From Candidatus Marinacidobacterales bacterium (GTDB lineage: Bacteria > Acidobacteriota > Vicinamibacteria > Marinacidobacterales > SMYC01), in assembly GCA_965237955.1 (NCBI GenBank), contig OZ250169.1:1888001-1952000 (forward strand): 64,000 bases of DNA. The letters run 5' to 3'. Both the position numbers and the translations under genes were made by a program. This document shows, in pieces, positions 37,843-48,749 of this stretch (its first letter is position 1; each line of letters starts with the position of its first letter). The notes below the pieces were generated by a model. That model saw only the letters and a list, made by a program, of their open reading frames with translations. It was not told the DNA's origin and did not search any database.

Positions 37843-39414
37843 ATGGTCGAGATAAACCACGCCGAGAGGTCCATGCGGGCCAAAATCGTCTACTACGGTC
37901 CCGCCACGGGCGGCAAGACGACGAACCTTCAGGTCATTCATAGCCGTTCCAAGCAAGAGAAGGACCTAGACCTTTTCTCAGTCGACACCTCACAGAACCG
38001 CACGATTCTGTTCGACCTTCTTCCGATGAGCACTCCCGCCTTTCGAAACTACCAGCTTCGATTTCAGATTCTGGGGGTGCCCGGCCAGAAGCTCTACGCC
38101 ACGACTCGGAAGATGCTGTTGAAAAACGCCGATTCGGTCGTCTTCGTCGCCAATTCCGCCGCCGACCGGTGGGATGAATCCATCGAAAGCTACAAAGAAA
38201 TGTCGGGTTTTCTCCTCGAGCAGGGCATCGATCCGACGATCGTCCCCATGGTGTTCCAGTACAACAAGCGAGACTTGGGCGACACGGTCGACATACAAGT
38301 GATGGAACGGGCGCTGAACTCTCGCGGGGCGGCGCACTTTCCGGCGGTCGCCAGTCAGGAAACGGGGGTCCTCGAGACCTTCGCCTCGGCGCTCAAAGCC
38401 ACCATGTCCGATCTCGCGAAAAGATACCGGATTGCGTCTGAGCTCACGAGCGCCCAGAGCATCGACGAGTGGGCGGAACAAACGATGCTCTTCACGTTCG
38501 GCGTGTTGAGGTTCGATGACGGTTCCGACTATGTGTCCGCGGAACCCTCGCAACCGCCTGCGGCGGCAGCCGAGCCGAAAGTCGTTCGTGTCCGGACGCC
38601 TTCCAAGAAGCGCAAGGATTTGCCGGCATCGCCCGCTCGGACGACTGGAGCGCGCGCGGACACCCCCGGCCTCGGCAGTCCTCCGTCCCTCCAGAACCCT
38701 CCGAACCACCCGAACCCTCCGGACGTCACGGCGGCCGCGACGGGCGGAGCAGACATGGCTTTGGACACCCTCTCGGCCGCCAGCGAGGTTCAGGATGCTT
38801 TTTCGGCGCAGGCCATGGTGGATAGCTACGCCGAGGCCGCGGTGGGGTTAGCCGATCACATCAGCGAGCTCCGGGAGGCGAAGGACTCGCTCGCCCGGCG
38901 CGGCGCGGACTTCTCTGTCGTGTCCGATACCGTGAGAGCTATCTTGAGCACCGCGACCACCGATGCCCTCCCTCAGCTCGAGGAAATGATACAAAGCCTC
39001 GCGGCCAACTGGGAGGCGTCGCACGCCGCGCTATACATCACGACGTCGGACGGCACGCTGGAGAAGTTGGTAAGCCACGCGCTCGAGATCGATCCTTTGA
39101 TAAGTGCGGTCGATCCCAATGGGGCCTCGGACGGTGTCTCCATCCAGAACGCCGGCAAGAGGGTCGTTCAGATGCGCGGCGAAGAAGGGCCGCTCACGAA
39201 AACCATCAAGCGCGTGGGGCCCGAATGCGTCGCCTCGGCCGCGTTCCCGCTGGGCACACCCAACCGCCGTATAGGTCTCCTCCTCTTCTGTTTCTCGCAG
39301 GGCGCCGCCGCGCTGAACCTGTCCGAATCGGAGCACCTGGACCGAGTAGCGTTCGAGCTGTCTCTCGGGCTCCACGTCCTCTCCGATCTCCGTGGCGCCT
39401 TCTGGGAATCATGA
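37843..39414 (+). CDS. MglA-like small GTPase with Pro-rich linker and C-terminal GAF-like domain
   Basis: KIVYYGPATGGKTTNL, RTILFDLLP, GVPGQ and QYNKRDL; C-terminal AFPL....RIGLLLF...LDRVAFELSLGL. Confidence 0.8.
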   Translation: MVEINHAERSMRAKIVYYGPATGGKTTNLQVIHSRSKQEKDLDLFSVDTSQNRTILFDLLPMSTPAFRNYQLRFQILGVPGQKLYATTRKMLLKNADSVVFVANSAADRWDESIESYKEMSGFLLEQGIDPTIVPMVFQYNKRDLGDTVDIQVMERALNSRGAAHFPAVASQETGVLETFASALKATMSDLAKRYRIASELTSAQSIDEWAEQTMLFTFGVLRFDDGSDYVSAEPSQPPAAAAEPKVVRVRTPSKKRKDLPASPARTTGARADTPGLGSPPSLQNPPNHPNPPDVTAAATGGADMALDTLSAASEVQDAFSAQAMVDSYAEAAVGLADHISELREAKDSLARRGADFSVVSDTVRAILSTATTDALPQLEEMIQSLAANWEASHAALYITTSDGTLEKLVSHALEIDPLISAVDPNGASDGVSIQNAGKRVVQMRGEEGPLTKTIKRVGPECVASAAFPLGTPNRRIGLLLFCFSQGAAALNLSESEHLDRVAFELSLGLHVLSDLRGAFWES

Positions 39415-39529
39415 GACCCGCGGCGACATTGCCCGAGGCTCGAGAAATGAAGCCGTAGCGCTTGAGGACGAAAAATTCGGGCCTGCCTCCCAACGAAGAA
39501 ACCACCTAGAGCCGGGTCACCTCGGTATT

Positions 39530-39612
39530 CCCGGCTTGGTGTCTTCGGCCAGATAGACATCACCCATCCCGCCCGAGCCAACCTTCTCCAAGATCTTGTA
39601 GTGCCCGAGGGG
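39530..39612 (-). pseudogene. N-terminal scrap of a Ser/Thr kinase
   Basis: [25 protein letters not shown], with nothing further. Confidence 0.7.
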
Positions 39613-39613
39613 T

Positions 39614-40636
<1,023 letters not shown>

Positions 40637-40661
40637 CGAAGAACCGCCCTGTGGACGCTGC

Positions 40662-40700
40662 AAAAAGAAAAAACCCTCCCCTCCACGAGGGAGGAGAGGG
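40662..40700 (-). terminator. Rho-independent terminator of the signalling operon
   Basis: Minus strand hairpin ccctctcctcc-ctcgt-ggaggggaggg followed by TTTTTTCTTTTT, 26 bp after the FecR gene stop. Confidence 0.7.
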
Positions 40701-40726
40701 CCGCCTCTAAAGCGAGGCGAAGTTGT

Positions 40727-41881
40727 TTACCGCAGCGCCATCGGGTAGATGAAATGCGCGGTGTGCGACCAGGCACTCTCGTAGCCATCGGCATCGAGAG
40801 TCGAGACACGCCAGAAGTACGTGCCGGGATCGAGGTCTGAGAGGTCGAGGCTCTGGACTTGCGCGGAAGTACCGGCAATCCAGGTCGCGTCGACGAGTTG
40901 CTTGAACTCGGCGTCAGCGGAAACCTCGAGGTGATAACGAGCGGCATTCGCCACCGTGGCCCACGCGAAGTTGTAGTTCGCGAGATCGCCCGCGAGAACC
41001 TGTCGGTCCTCAGGAGTGATCAGCTGAGCTGGAGAGGCGGGCAGCTGGTGAGGCTGGTCGGGCATGGCGCCCTGAGCGCTCACGAGCGAGCCGAAGTCAC
41101 CGTCCACGGAAACGTTCTGTTCGGTGTCACCAAAGTCGACACGGCCCTCGAGGACCTCTAGACGGGTCGCGCCTTCGGGCTCGACCTTCACGCGGAACTC
41201 GGTGCCGCGGATGAAGGACGTGGCCGTGGGCGTGGAGATCTCGAAGCGGGAGTCCCGCTGCGCGAGCTTCTTGACCCGAGCGAGGATGGAGCCCTGATCG
41301 AGCTTGAGCTTGGTCGTGCGGACTTCGCCGCGAGCCGTTTTGGCTTGACCGTTGGACTCGAAGAGGATCTTGGTGTTCGGACGCAACACGATGACGGTTC
41401 CATCATCCTGCTTGATCTCGACGGACGACTTGGCGCGCGTGCGAATCCAATCGCCTTCCTGGACGAGCAAATCGTCCACGACCTTGACCCATTTCCAGTC
41501 GAAGTTGCGAGCGATCTCGACACGGCCACTGAACTTGGTGACCTTGGCCGGGATCATTCCCGCTTTGAGCATATCCTTTGGAACCTTGACGGCAACTCCC
41601 TGTTGCAGGAGATTATGCTCGGTGATTTGACGCCACTCGTCGGCGCTACGCAGATACTTCTGGTAGACCTTGAGCGGAGTCGTGTCCTTGTCCGTCATGA
41701 CCACCACATAATCCTCGCCGGAGCTGTCGGACGTAGCCGCCATCTCCTTGGGAGAGTCGATCTTCGTGGCAGGTGTCGGTTTCTTTTCCTGCTCCTCAGA
41801 ACGCCCCCCATCAAATGTAGCGAGGTTTACAGCGATGGACATGGCAAACGCGAAGGTCAGGACCTTCTTCCAATTGTTCAT
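40727..41881 (-). CDS. Exported FecR-domain protein with LysM-like N-terminal and Fn3-like C-terminal domains
   Basis: Signal peptide; EWRQITEHN...G..VKVP (LysM-like); GDWIRT...DGTVIVLRPNT...FEISTPTATSFIRGTEFRV...LEGRV; Y.LEVS...GTYFWRVS. Confidence 0.8.
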   Translation of the reverse strand: MNNWKKVLTFAFAMSIAVNLATFDGGRSEEQEKKPTPATKIDSPKEMAATSDSSGEDYVVVMTDKDTTPLKVYQKYLRSADEWRQITEHNLLQQGVAVKVPKDMLKAGMIPAKVTKFSGRVEIARNFDWKWVKVVDDLLVQEGDWIRTRAKSSVEIKQDDGTVIVLRPNTKILFESNGQAKTARGEVRTTKLKLDQGSILARVKKLAQRDSRFEISTPTATSFIRGTEFRVKVEPEGATRLEVLEGRVDFGDTEQNVSVDGDFGSLVSAQGAMPDQPHQLPASPAQLITPEDRQVLAGDLANYNFAWATVANAARYHLEVSADAEFKQLVDATWIAGTSAQVQSLDLSDLDPGTYFWRVSTLDADGYESAWSHTAHFIYPMALR

Positions 41882-41977
41882 CGTGTTTACCCTCCTTGTG
41901 GAACGAAGCGTGAGCTCGTGAAGCCCACTGATTTGGTCGAGGAAACCGTTAAACTCATTCATCATGAGTGCTAAACC

Positions 41978-43264
41978 TCAGTCCAGTCCGACGGCGCGGA
42001 TGCGAGGCTGAAACGCCTCGACTTTGCCGCCGGATTCTGCTGCAGCTTGGGGGGCCGCTGCTCCCGCGCCCTCGGACGTGGGCCGGGATTTGTTGACACG
42101 AACAAAACCTTTTTCCGCGAGCTCTTTGAGCGCCGCCGCCATCTTGCGGGGCGAAAGGCCGACGAGATGAGTAAGCGTACCGAGGTCGCGCGCACCGTCG
42201 ATGTAAGCGAGCAGCTTCCACTGCATCGACGAGAGCTCGAAGGGCTCATCGTCTTTGGGCTCGTCGCGGAGCTCGGGGACAGCGTCGAAGAACGAGTCGC
42301 GCTCGAGCTTGTCCGCTTCGAACGCTACCACCCCGGCGGTGAGAAGACCGAAGATGACACGCCCGGTCTCGTGGGGATCGGTTCCGAGCGCTTCTGACAA
42401 CTGTCGAAGCGTTTTCTCGCCGTCCACGTGACTCAGCACCTTCCAATCTGCTTTGGTAAGACGGATGGGCTCGGTCGCGCCGCTCGCGGCTCGATGAGGT
42501 ACGACATCGAGGCTCGGGATCTTGGACGAAATCAGGTTCCATTCGTCCATCCGCCTCGTGGCCTCCATGAGGAGACTTTGACCGCTGGCCTCGATCGTTC
42601 GCTTGGGTGAGCTTTCACCGACTTTATAGCTGAACTGGCCCTTGTCCCAAAGTGCCAACTCGTAGAACGCGTCTTCGCCCTCGAGCTCGCCGTACTCGGC
42701 GTGGACCGCGTCGCCATCGACGAGGAAAACGTTGCCGATCTCGTCACCGTTCTTCAGCACGAGGGTACCGCTCTCGCCATAAGCCATCGCCAGCTGGAAC
42801 GCTTCGGGAACGCTTTTGTCCTCGAGCGAGCCGCTCAAAACCGCGCCGTCACCGTTGCCGTTCTCCGATGCGGTTGGGCGCTCGTAGCGCTGGCTGCGGC
42901 GGAGAATCATCTCGATGCGAGCCTGAATCTCTTCCGGGTCGACGGTCTTCACCACGTAATCGTCGGCGCCCTTGCGAATGCCTTTGACTTTGTCCGCTGT
43001 CGCTTCCAGGCCGGTGAACATAATGACCGGGATCGTTTCGGTGTCGGGGTCGCTCTTGAGCTGGTTACACGCCTCGAAGCCGTCCATGACCGGCATTTCC
43101 AGGTCGAGCAGGACGAGCGCCGGCCGCTGCTCTGCAACTTTCGCGAGCGCTTCCTTGCCGTTGGCGGCGAGCTCGACCTCATAGCCCCAGGACTCGAGGA
43201 AGTAGCGCATCATGACCCGATTATCGAGCTCGTCGTCGACCATCAGGATCAGCTGCTTAGACAT
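41978..43264 (-). CDS. Response regulator: REC plus DUF4388 (PATAN-like) plus winged-helix-like repeats
   Basis: VDDE, LLDLEMPVMDG and GADDYVVK; SGSL....VPE....GTL...G.AVHA...GEDAFY...W.KGQF...LLMEATRRMDEW. Confidence 0.85.
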   Translation of the reverse strand: MSKQLILMVDDELDNRVMMRYFLESWGYEVELAANGKEALAKVAEQRPALVLLDLEMPVMDGFEACNQLKSDPDTETIPVIMFTGLEATADKVKGIRKGADDYVVKTVDPEEIQARIEMILRRSQRYERPTASENGNGDGAVLSGSLEDKSVPEAFQLAMAYGESGTLVLKNGDEIGNVFLVDGDAVHAEYGELEGEDAFYELALWDKGQFSYKVGESSPKRTIEASGQSLLMEATRRMDEWNLISSKIPSLDVVPHRAASGATEPIRLTKADWKVLSHVDGEKTLRQLSEALGTDPHETGRVIFGLLTAGVVAFEADKLERDSFFDAVPELRDEPKDDEPFELSSMQWKLLAYIDGARDLGTLTHLVGLSPRKMAAALKELAEKGFVRVNKSRPTSEGAGAAAPQAAAESGGKVEAFQPRIRAVGLD

Positions 43265-43294
43265 GCCTCGTCATCCTCAATTGGCCTAGTTGGC

Positions 43295-46237
43295 TCAATT
43301 CGTTAACACCGCTTGTGACTCCACGTGACGGGAAGTCGTCGTCGTGGTCGGCTCCATCCCTTCGAGATGGATCGGAATCGTGAACGTGAACGTCGAGCCT
43401 TCGCCGTGCTCGGACTCCACGCTGATGATGCCGCCGTGTATTTCGATGATTTGCTTCGCGAGCGATAGCCCGAGACCGGTGCCGATGATGTCTTTCCGGT
43501 CGTCGTTGCGCACGCGGTAGAACTTCTCGAACAGGCGGGATACCGATTCCTTCGGGATGCCGAGCCCGTTGTCCTGTACCGAAACCGCCATCTGTCCGTT
43601 GCGCTGGGCGACCGAGACCCGAGCCCAAGCACCCTTGGGCGAGTATTTGATCGCGTTCGAGATCAAGTTGATGAGCACTTGCTCGACCAGGTTGCGATCG
43701 CCGAACACTTCGGGAACGGTTGCCGGAGGCGGCTGGTATTGAAGCGCGATGTTCTTTTCGTCGGCGAGCGGTTTCAGGTCGGCGACAGCGTTCTGGATCA
43801 ACTTGTCGAGGTCCACCGCAGCTTTGGTGATAACCTGGCGTCCGGACTCGATGCGGGTGATATCGAGGAAATCGTTCACTAGGTTGACCAGACGATTCGA
43901 CTGGCGGTTGATGATCTCGAGAAACTCGCCAGCTTTGTCGTTGCCGATGCCGCCTTTGAGCAGAATCTGGGCGAAGCCGCGCACGGTGGCGAGCGGCGTT
44001 CGGATCTCGTGCGTGACCATCGACATGAGATCGGTCTTCATCTGGTCCATTTCCTTGAGCTCGGTGATGTCGGAGAGCACCGCCACGACGCCTTGCACCA
44101 GGCCGTCCTTGCTCCGAACCGGTCCAAGCGACAACGTGTAAAAGCGCGTCGTCGGCAGTGAGAGCTTGATGTCCGTGCTGAAGGTCTCGCCCCGCTTGAT
44201 GATCATCTGAAACTTCTCGTGCATCAGTTCATAGGGCACGTCTTCGAAGCGCTGGATGAACTCGACTGCACTTTGTCCTATTGCGCTTTCTGCGTAAAGG
44301 CCGAGAATTTCCTTGGCCTTCGGGTTCAACAGCTGGATGGTCCCGAGAACATCGGTGACGACGACACCGTCCGCGATGCTGTCCATAATGGACGCCATCA
44401 ACGACTTCTCGCTGATCACGGCATCGTTCAATGCGCTGAGCGTTTGGATCCGCCGCTCCTGGTTCTTGTAGGTGAACGTCGCCAGCGGGTTGGCCGATTT
44501 CGCCGTGAGGCGCGCGTAGAGCAGAGCGTTGTGCCAAATCTTGCCGAACTCAGCCGACACCGCTTGGAGGAGCTCTTGGTCCTCGATGCGGAATTCCTCA
44601 TCACGCGGCTTGAACAAGCACAAAGCGCCCACGGTCTCGCCCTTGGATACGAGTGGAACGACCTGTGAGTGATAGGCCGGGACCTGCGGTCTCGGCACGA
44701 TGGCCGCTAGAGGGTGGTTTTGAAGACTGTCGACTTGAATCGGTTCCAAACTGATGAGGAGGCTGGTCAGATCCCCGGTCAGCTTGATGGTTGTCTTTTG
44801 ATTCGGATTAATGCGGGTGAGGCCATACTGCGCCGTCGGGACCAAAATGCCCTTGTCGCGCTCGACTTTTAACAAAGCCGCGGCGGGAACGCCGAGGATG
44901 TCTCGAAGCGTCGCCTCGGCAGAGCGGAACGTTTCGATGATGACTTTCTCGCCCGCCCGCTCGTTGAGCGCGGCCGACTCGGAGAGGCTCACCACCTCCT
45001 GGTCGAGAGCCACGTTCACGTGCCGCATCTTGAGCATGAGCCCGAAGATGAAGGCGATGACGAGTGCGACGATGAGCGGCGATACTTCGATCCAGAAGCC
45101 GTAGCTTCCGAACAGAAACATCTGCGTGACGACGGCGCCGCCAGAGAGAACCACTAGGCACAGCGTTGCTAGTCGTGTATCAAAGTAGAGATAGATGGCG
45201 GCGACGGCCATGGCGGCGAGCGTGGTGACGAGAACGAGCAGCCACAGCGGTGCACGTTGAATGTGCCGTCCTTCGAGGATCCCGTGGATGACGTTCGCCT
45301 GGATCTCGACTCCCGTGGTCGGGCTCCGGTCCAGGGAAAACGGCGTCATGTGCAAGTCGAAGAGTCCGGCTGCATTGCCGCCGTAGAGCACGATCTTTCC
45401 GTCGAAGTAGTTTGCCGGTACGCGTGCCGCGATGACGTCGTTCGCCGAGATGTATTCGAACGTCTCCTGGGTGCCGACGAACGGGATGTTCATCTCGTAG
45501 TCGATGACGAAGACGTCGTCGAAAGCTTCCGCGGACGCGGGCGCCGAGGTGACGGGGATCTCGATGTCGCCGAGAGCGAGGACGCCGGGCCGTACTTCGC
45601 GAATCGAGTCGTCGTCGAGATCGAGATACAACTTCAAGATTTCGAGATTTATGCCCCAGTACGTTCGCTCGGGCGTCTTTTACGCGAGGTGCACTCTCCG
45701 CACGATGCCATCGTTGCTCTGCTCGATGTGTGCGTGACCCATCCCTGCCGCGGCTGCTTGCAGATCGGGAATGGGCTCGAACGCGACCAGCTTCGTTTGG
45801 CCGTCGGTGAGGATCCTCTCCATGATGACCGGGTAGACGACGTTTCCCGCCTCACGCGTCGCCTCGACGAGCTGGAAGTCATTGTCTGGCTCGCGCCGGT
45901 CCGGCTCGAAGAAGCCAATATCCACTCCGATGACTTTGGCGCCTTGCCGGTGGATCTCGCGCACCACTTCGGCGTGGAATGCCCTCGGCCACGGCCAACT
46001 TCCGAGTGTGGCCAACGACGGCTGGTCGATGGCGACGATGACGATATTCGGCGGCGCTTGCCCGCTCGCTGACGCACGAATGTTGCGGTCGTAGAGCTGG
46101 TACTCGAGCGCCTCGAACACCTGGAAGAAATACAGCGTGCATGCGATGAGCGAGGCGAGAGCTCCCGCCAACAAACCCCGCACCGCTAGAGCTTTGCTAT
46201 CTTGCACTGCCCAACCCTTGACTCGTCGTGACCTCAC
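43295..46237 (-). pseudogene. CHASE2-GAF-PAS histidine kinase with a single in-frame TAA at 45680-45682
   Basis: CHASE2 IVIVAID...WPWPR and DGIVRR; the frame continues LA*KTPERTYWG into GVEIQAN, 3 TM, GAF, PAS, HEIRTPL, NAIKY, DNGLGI and GTGLGL. Confidence 0.85.
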
Positions 46238-47183
46238 CCATGGCTTCCTCTCGCAGGCCCCTTCGCTCCGAAAGGAAATTGCTGCCGTCGAACTTCTTCA
46301 AATACTTCTTGAGCTCCGCCGCTCGCTCCGCGATCACGTGCGTGCTCTCGAAATCCTCTTTCGCGCCGCTGACGATGGCGAGAGTAATGCTCATGATCGG
46401 AAAGTCGTCGAGCTCGCCGGCACGGTTCTCGATCTGGATGCCCTTACGCTCGAGGTCTTTGTCGTCATAGAACTCGACGATGGTCTCGTCGAATTGCTTC
46501 GCGATGGCCTTGACGATGGTGTTGTCTCGCTCCGGGGTCGTCACCACGACGAAGTCGTCACCGCCGATATGCCCGACGAAGTCATCACTGTCGCTGAGCT
46601 CGCGCACTGTGGCCATGATGACTTGCGCCGTGTGGAAGATGACTTTGTCACCGGCCTCGTAGCCGTACTTGTCGTTGTAGGCCTTGAAATTGTCGAGGTC
46701 GCAGTAGCACACGGAAAAAACGTCGCCGGTGTCGAGTCTCTTCTTGATCTCGCGCTCGAGGGCGAGGTTGCCTGGCAAGCGGGTGAGTGGGTTCGCGCCC
46801 GATTGCTCTTGGGTTCGGCGAATGACCATTTCGATGCGCGCTTGGAGCTCGAGCGGATCGACCGTCTTGATGACGTAGTCGTCGTCGCCTTTACCCAGGC
46901 CATGGACTTTGTTCTGCACTTGATCTTGGCTCGTTAGCATGATGACGGGAATGAACGACGTCGCGAAGTCGCCTTTGATCTTCTCGCACGCTTCGAAGCC
47001 GTTCATCTCTTCCATGTTGACGTCCATCAAAATCAAATCCGGCTCGACCACCTGAGCCTGTTCGACGGCTTCTTTGCCGCTCGATGCTGTCGACACTTCG
47101 TATCCCCAGGACTCCAAGAGGAACTGGGTCAGCCGCAGGATGTCCGGCTCATCGTCCACGGCCAGAATTTTCTGCGACAACAC
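46197..47183 (-). CDS. REC-GGDEF diguanylate cyclase response regulator (GGDDF variant)
   Basis: VDDE and LMDVNM; NPLTRLPGN, DLDNFKAYNDKYG..AGD and HIGGDDF; RBS GAGGAAG. Confidence 0.88.
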   Translation of the reverse strand: MLSQKILAVDDEPDILRLTQFLLESWGYEVSTASSGKEAVEQAQVVEPDLILMDVNMEEMNGFEACEKIKGDFATSFIPVIMLTSQDQVQNKVHGLGKGDDDYVIKTVDPLELQARIEMVIRRTQEQSGANPLTRLPGNLALEREIKKRLDTGDVFSVCYCDLDNFKAYNDKYGYEAGDKVIFHTAQVIMATVRELSDSDDFVGHIGGDDFVVVTTPERDNTIVKAIAKQFDETIVEFYDDKDLERKGIQIENRAGELDDFPIMSITLAIVSGAKEDFESTHVIAERAAELKKYLKKFDGSNFLSERRGLREEAMGEVTTSQGLGSAR

Positions 47184-47605
47184 CTTCCTCCTTTACGGGC
47201 AACTGGAACCCAGACCGGGTAGTAAACAGCAATATCCGTACCAGCAAATCGACGCGATGGCACTATTCCATGCTCTTGGTGCGCCCAGGACCATCGCGCG
47301 CAAGTGTCGATGAGTGAGACGGTTAAGGCGGGGGATCGAGGCCCTATTGGGAACTCCCCATCAAAACCTCGGGGTGGTCACGAGGGCTTTTCCCTCCGGC
47401 GTGCTGGTAATCCCCTACAAGCTGGGACCTTGGGATCTACCCCCCACTCGATCTCACACATGGCCCCGCATCGCCGGATTTGGGATGAGTGCGGGTGAAA
47501 TCCTATGTCGTGCGGGCCGCTTTCGGGTGGAATTGACCGCACGCTCGTCGTCATCGCCAGTACGCAAACTAGCTGCTAGCAAGCGCTTACGGTGTGTTTT
47601 CGGTT

Positions 47606-47620
47606 TGGCACACCAGTTGC
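47606..47620 (+). promoter_or_regulatory. Sigma54 promoter
   Basis: TGGCACACCAGTTGC (GG-N10-GC) 48 bp upstream of the small wHTH gene. Confidence 0.7.
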
Positions 47621-47668
47621 TATATGAACTTCGAGTGTATTTGAAAGGATCAGCAAGGAGTAAGGTCA

Positions 47669-47911
47669 ATGAGTGTCGAGAGCGTAGCTGATATCGGAGA
47701 AGAATCTCAGCTTGCCTTGCAGATCCTCGATTACTTCCGAAGTCACCCCCAGGCAAAGGACTCGGTCGAGGGTATCGCCAGGTTCTGGGTCACTGCCGAT
47801 CCTCTCGAAGTGCGACGTGCACTCGACAAGCTCGTGGAGTTGAAGCTTGTCGAGAAGCGCAAGAACGCTTCGATGGATCTCTACAGCATGTGTGCCGAAG
47901 CATCAGCTTGA
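47669..47911 (+). CDS. Small winged-helix-like hypothetical protein
   Basis: ILDYFRSHPQAKDSVEGIARFW....VRRALDKLV...LV; strong RBS AAGGAG. Confidence 0.7.
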   Translation: MSVESVADIGEESQLALQILDYFRSHPQAKDSVEGIARFWVTADPLEVRRALDKLVELKLVEKRKNASMDLYSMCAEASA

Positions 47912-47930
47912 ATCTAGAAAAGCCTGCCAG

Positions 47931-48701
47931 CTACCGTCGGTGAACGGTCGGAGTCCGCGCGCTTAGTGCCCCGTCGGCTTCGAGCGCCAACTGTCTTCGA
48001 CCCTTCCGCACCATCAAAAAAAGTGCGAGCGCTACCGAGAACAAGACGACGACGACGGCCGTCCCGAGGATGACGACGGTTGTCGCCAGCACCGAACGTC
48101 GCTCGAACCTCGCCTCGACGACGAGCTCGGTTGCATCGAAGTGCTCGGCGGCGGTGCGCTCCCAACCAATGATGTTGCCGCGCTCGATGTCGCTCCGTGA
48201 GTTGTAGTAGCGCACGGTACTCGGGAAGTGGAACCGGAGCGCGATGGTTGCGTCCGGGGAAACCCCTTCGGGGATGTCTCCCTCCGGTACGGGCAAGGTG
48301 AGATACAACTCGAGTTCGTCGTCGTCGGTGACGTCGAGACGGCACTCGCGGTCGGCGAAAGCGGGATGAGCGCACAGCTCGTTCCAGTCGGCGAACCGCC
48401 CTTGGACGTGGACGAAGATCCGTCCTTCCCGCTCGGTCTCGCGGACCGAGTCGAGCTCGAAGCCCGGACCCTCGAACCGAGAAGTCATCGACGACGCGCT
48501 CCCCCCGTCGGCCCCGTTGAGCCTGTTGAGAGCGTGGAACGCTTCCAATATCTCGGACGAGCCACTCACCCGGAGTCGACCCGAGCCGTCGACTTCGAGA
48601 AATACCTCCTCCTCGTACTCGTAGGAAGTGCACGCGGGGAGCGCGAGCGCCCAAGGGACCAGAAGTGTCAGAAGTATAGGTGCCGTCCCATGGTGTCCCA
48701 T
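47931..48701 (-). CDS. Hypothetical lipoprotein with C-terminal transmembrane anchor
   Basis: Lipobox-like LPAC; C-terminal hydrophobic helix followed by RKGRR. Confidence 0.65.
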   Translation of the reverse strand: MGHHGTAPILLTLLVPWALALPACTSYEYEEEVFLEVDGSGRLRVSGSSEILEAFHALNRLNGADGGSASSMTSRFEGPGFELDSVRETEREGRIFVHVQGRFADWNELCAHPAFADRECRLDVTDDDELELYLTLPVPEGDIPEGVSPDATIALRFHFPSTVRYYNSRSDIERGNIIGWERTAAEHFDATELVVEARFERRSVLATTVVILGTAVVVVLFSVALALFLMVRKGRRQLALEADGALSARTPTVHRR

Positions 48702-48749
48702 GGTGTCGATTCTATAGCGCGGGCATCCGCTGCGATACAATGCCCCCTC

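Noticed and set aside
46197-47183. Hypr-type cGAMP synthase
   Set aside because: The specificity position is the canonical Asp (AGDKV), not Ser.
47200-47600. c-di-GMP riboswitch upstream of the GGDEF operon
   Set aside because: I could not find the GEMM consensus on either strand by eye; an Rfam scan would settle it.
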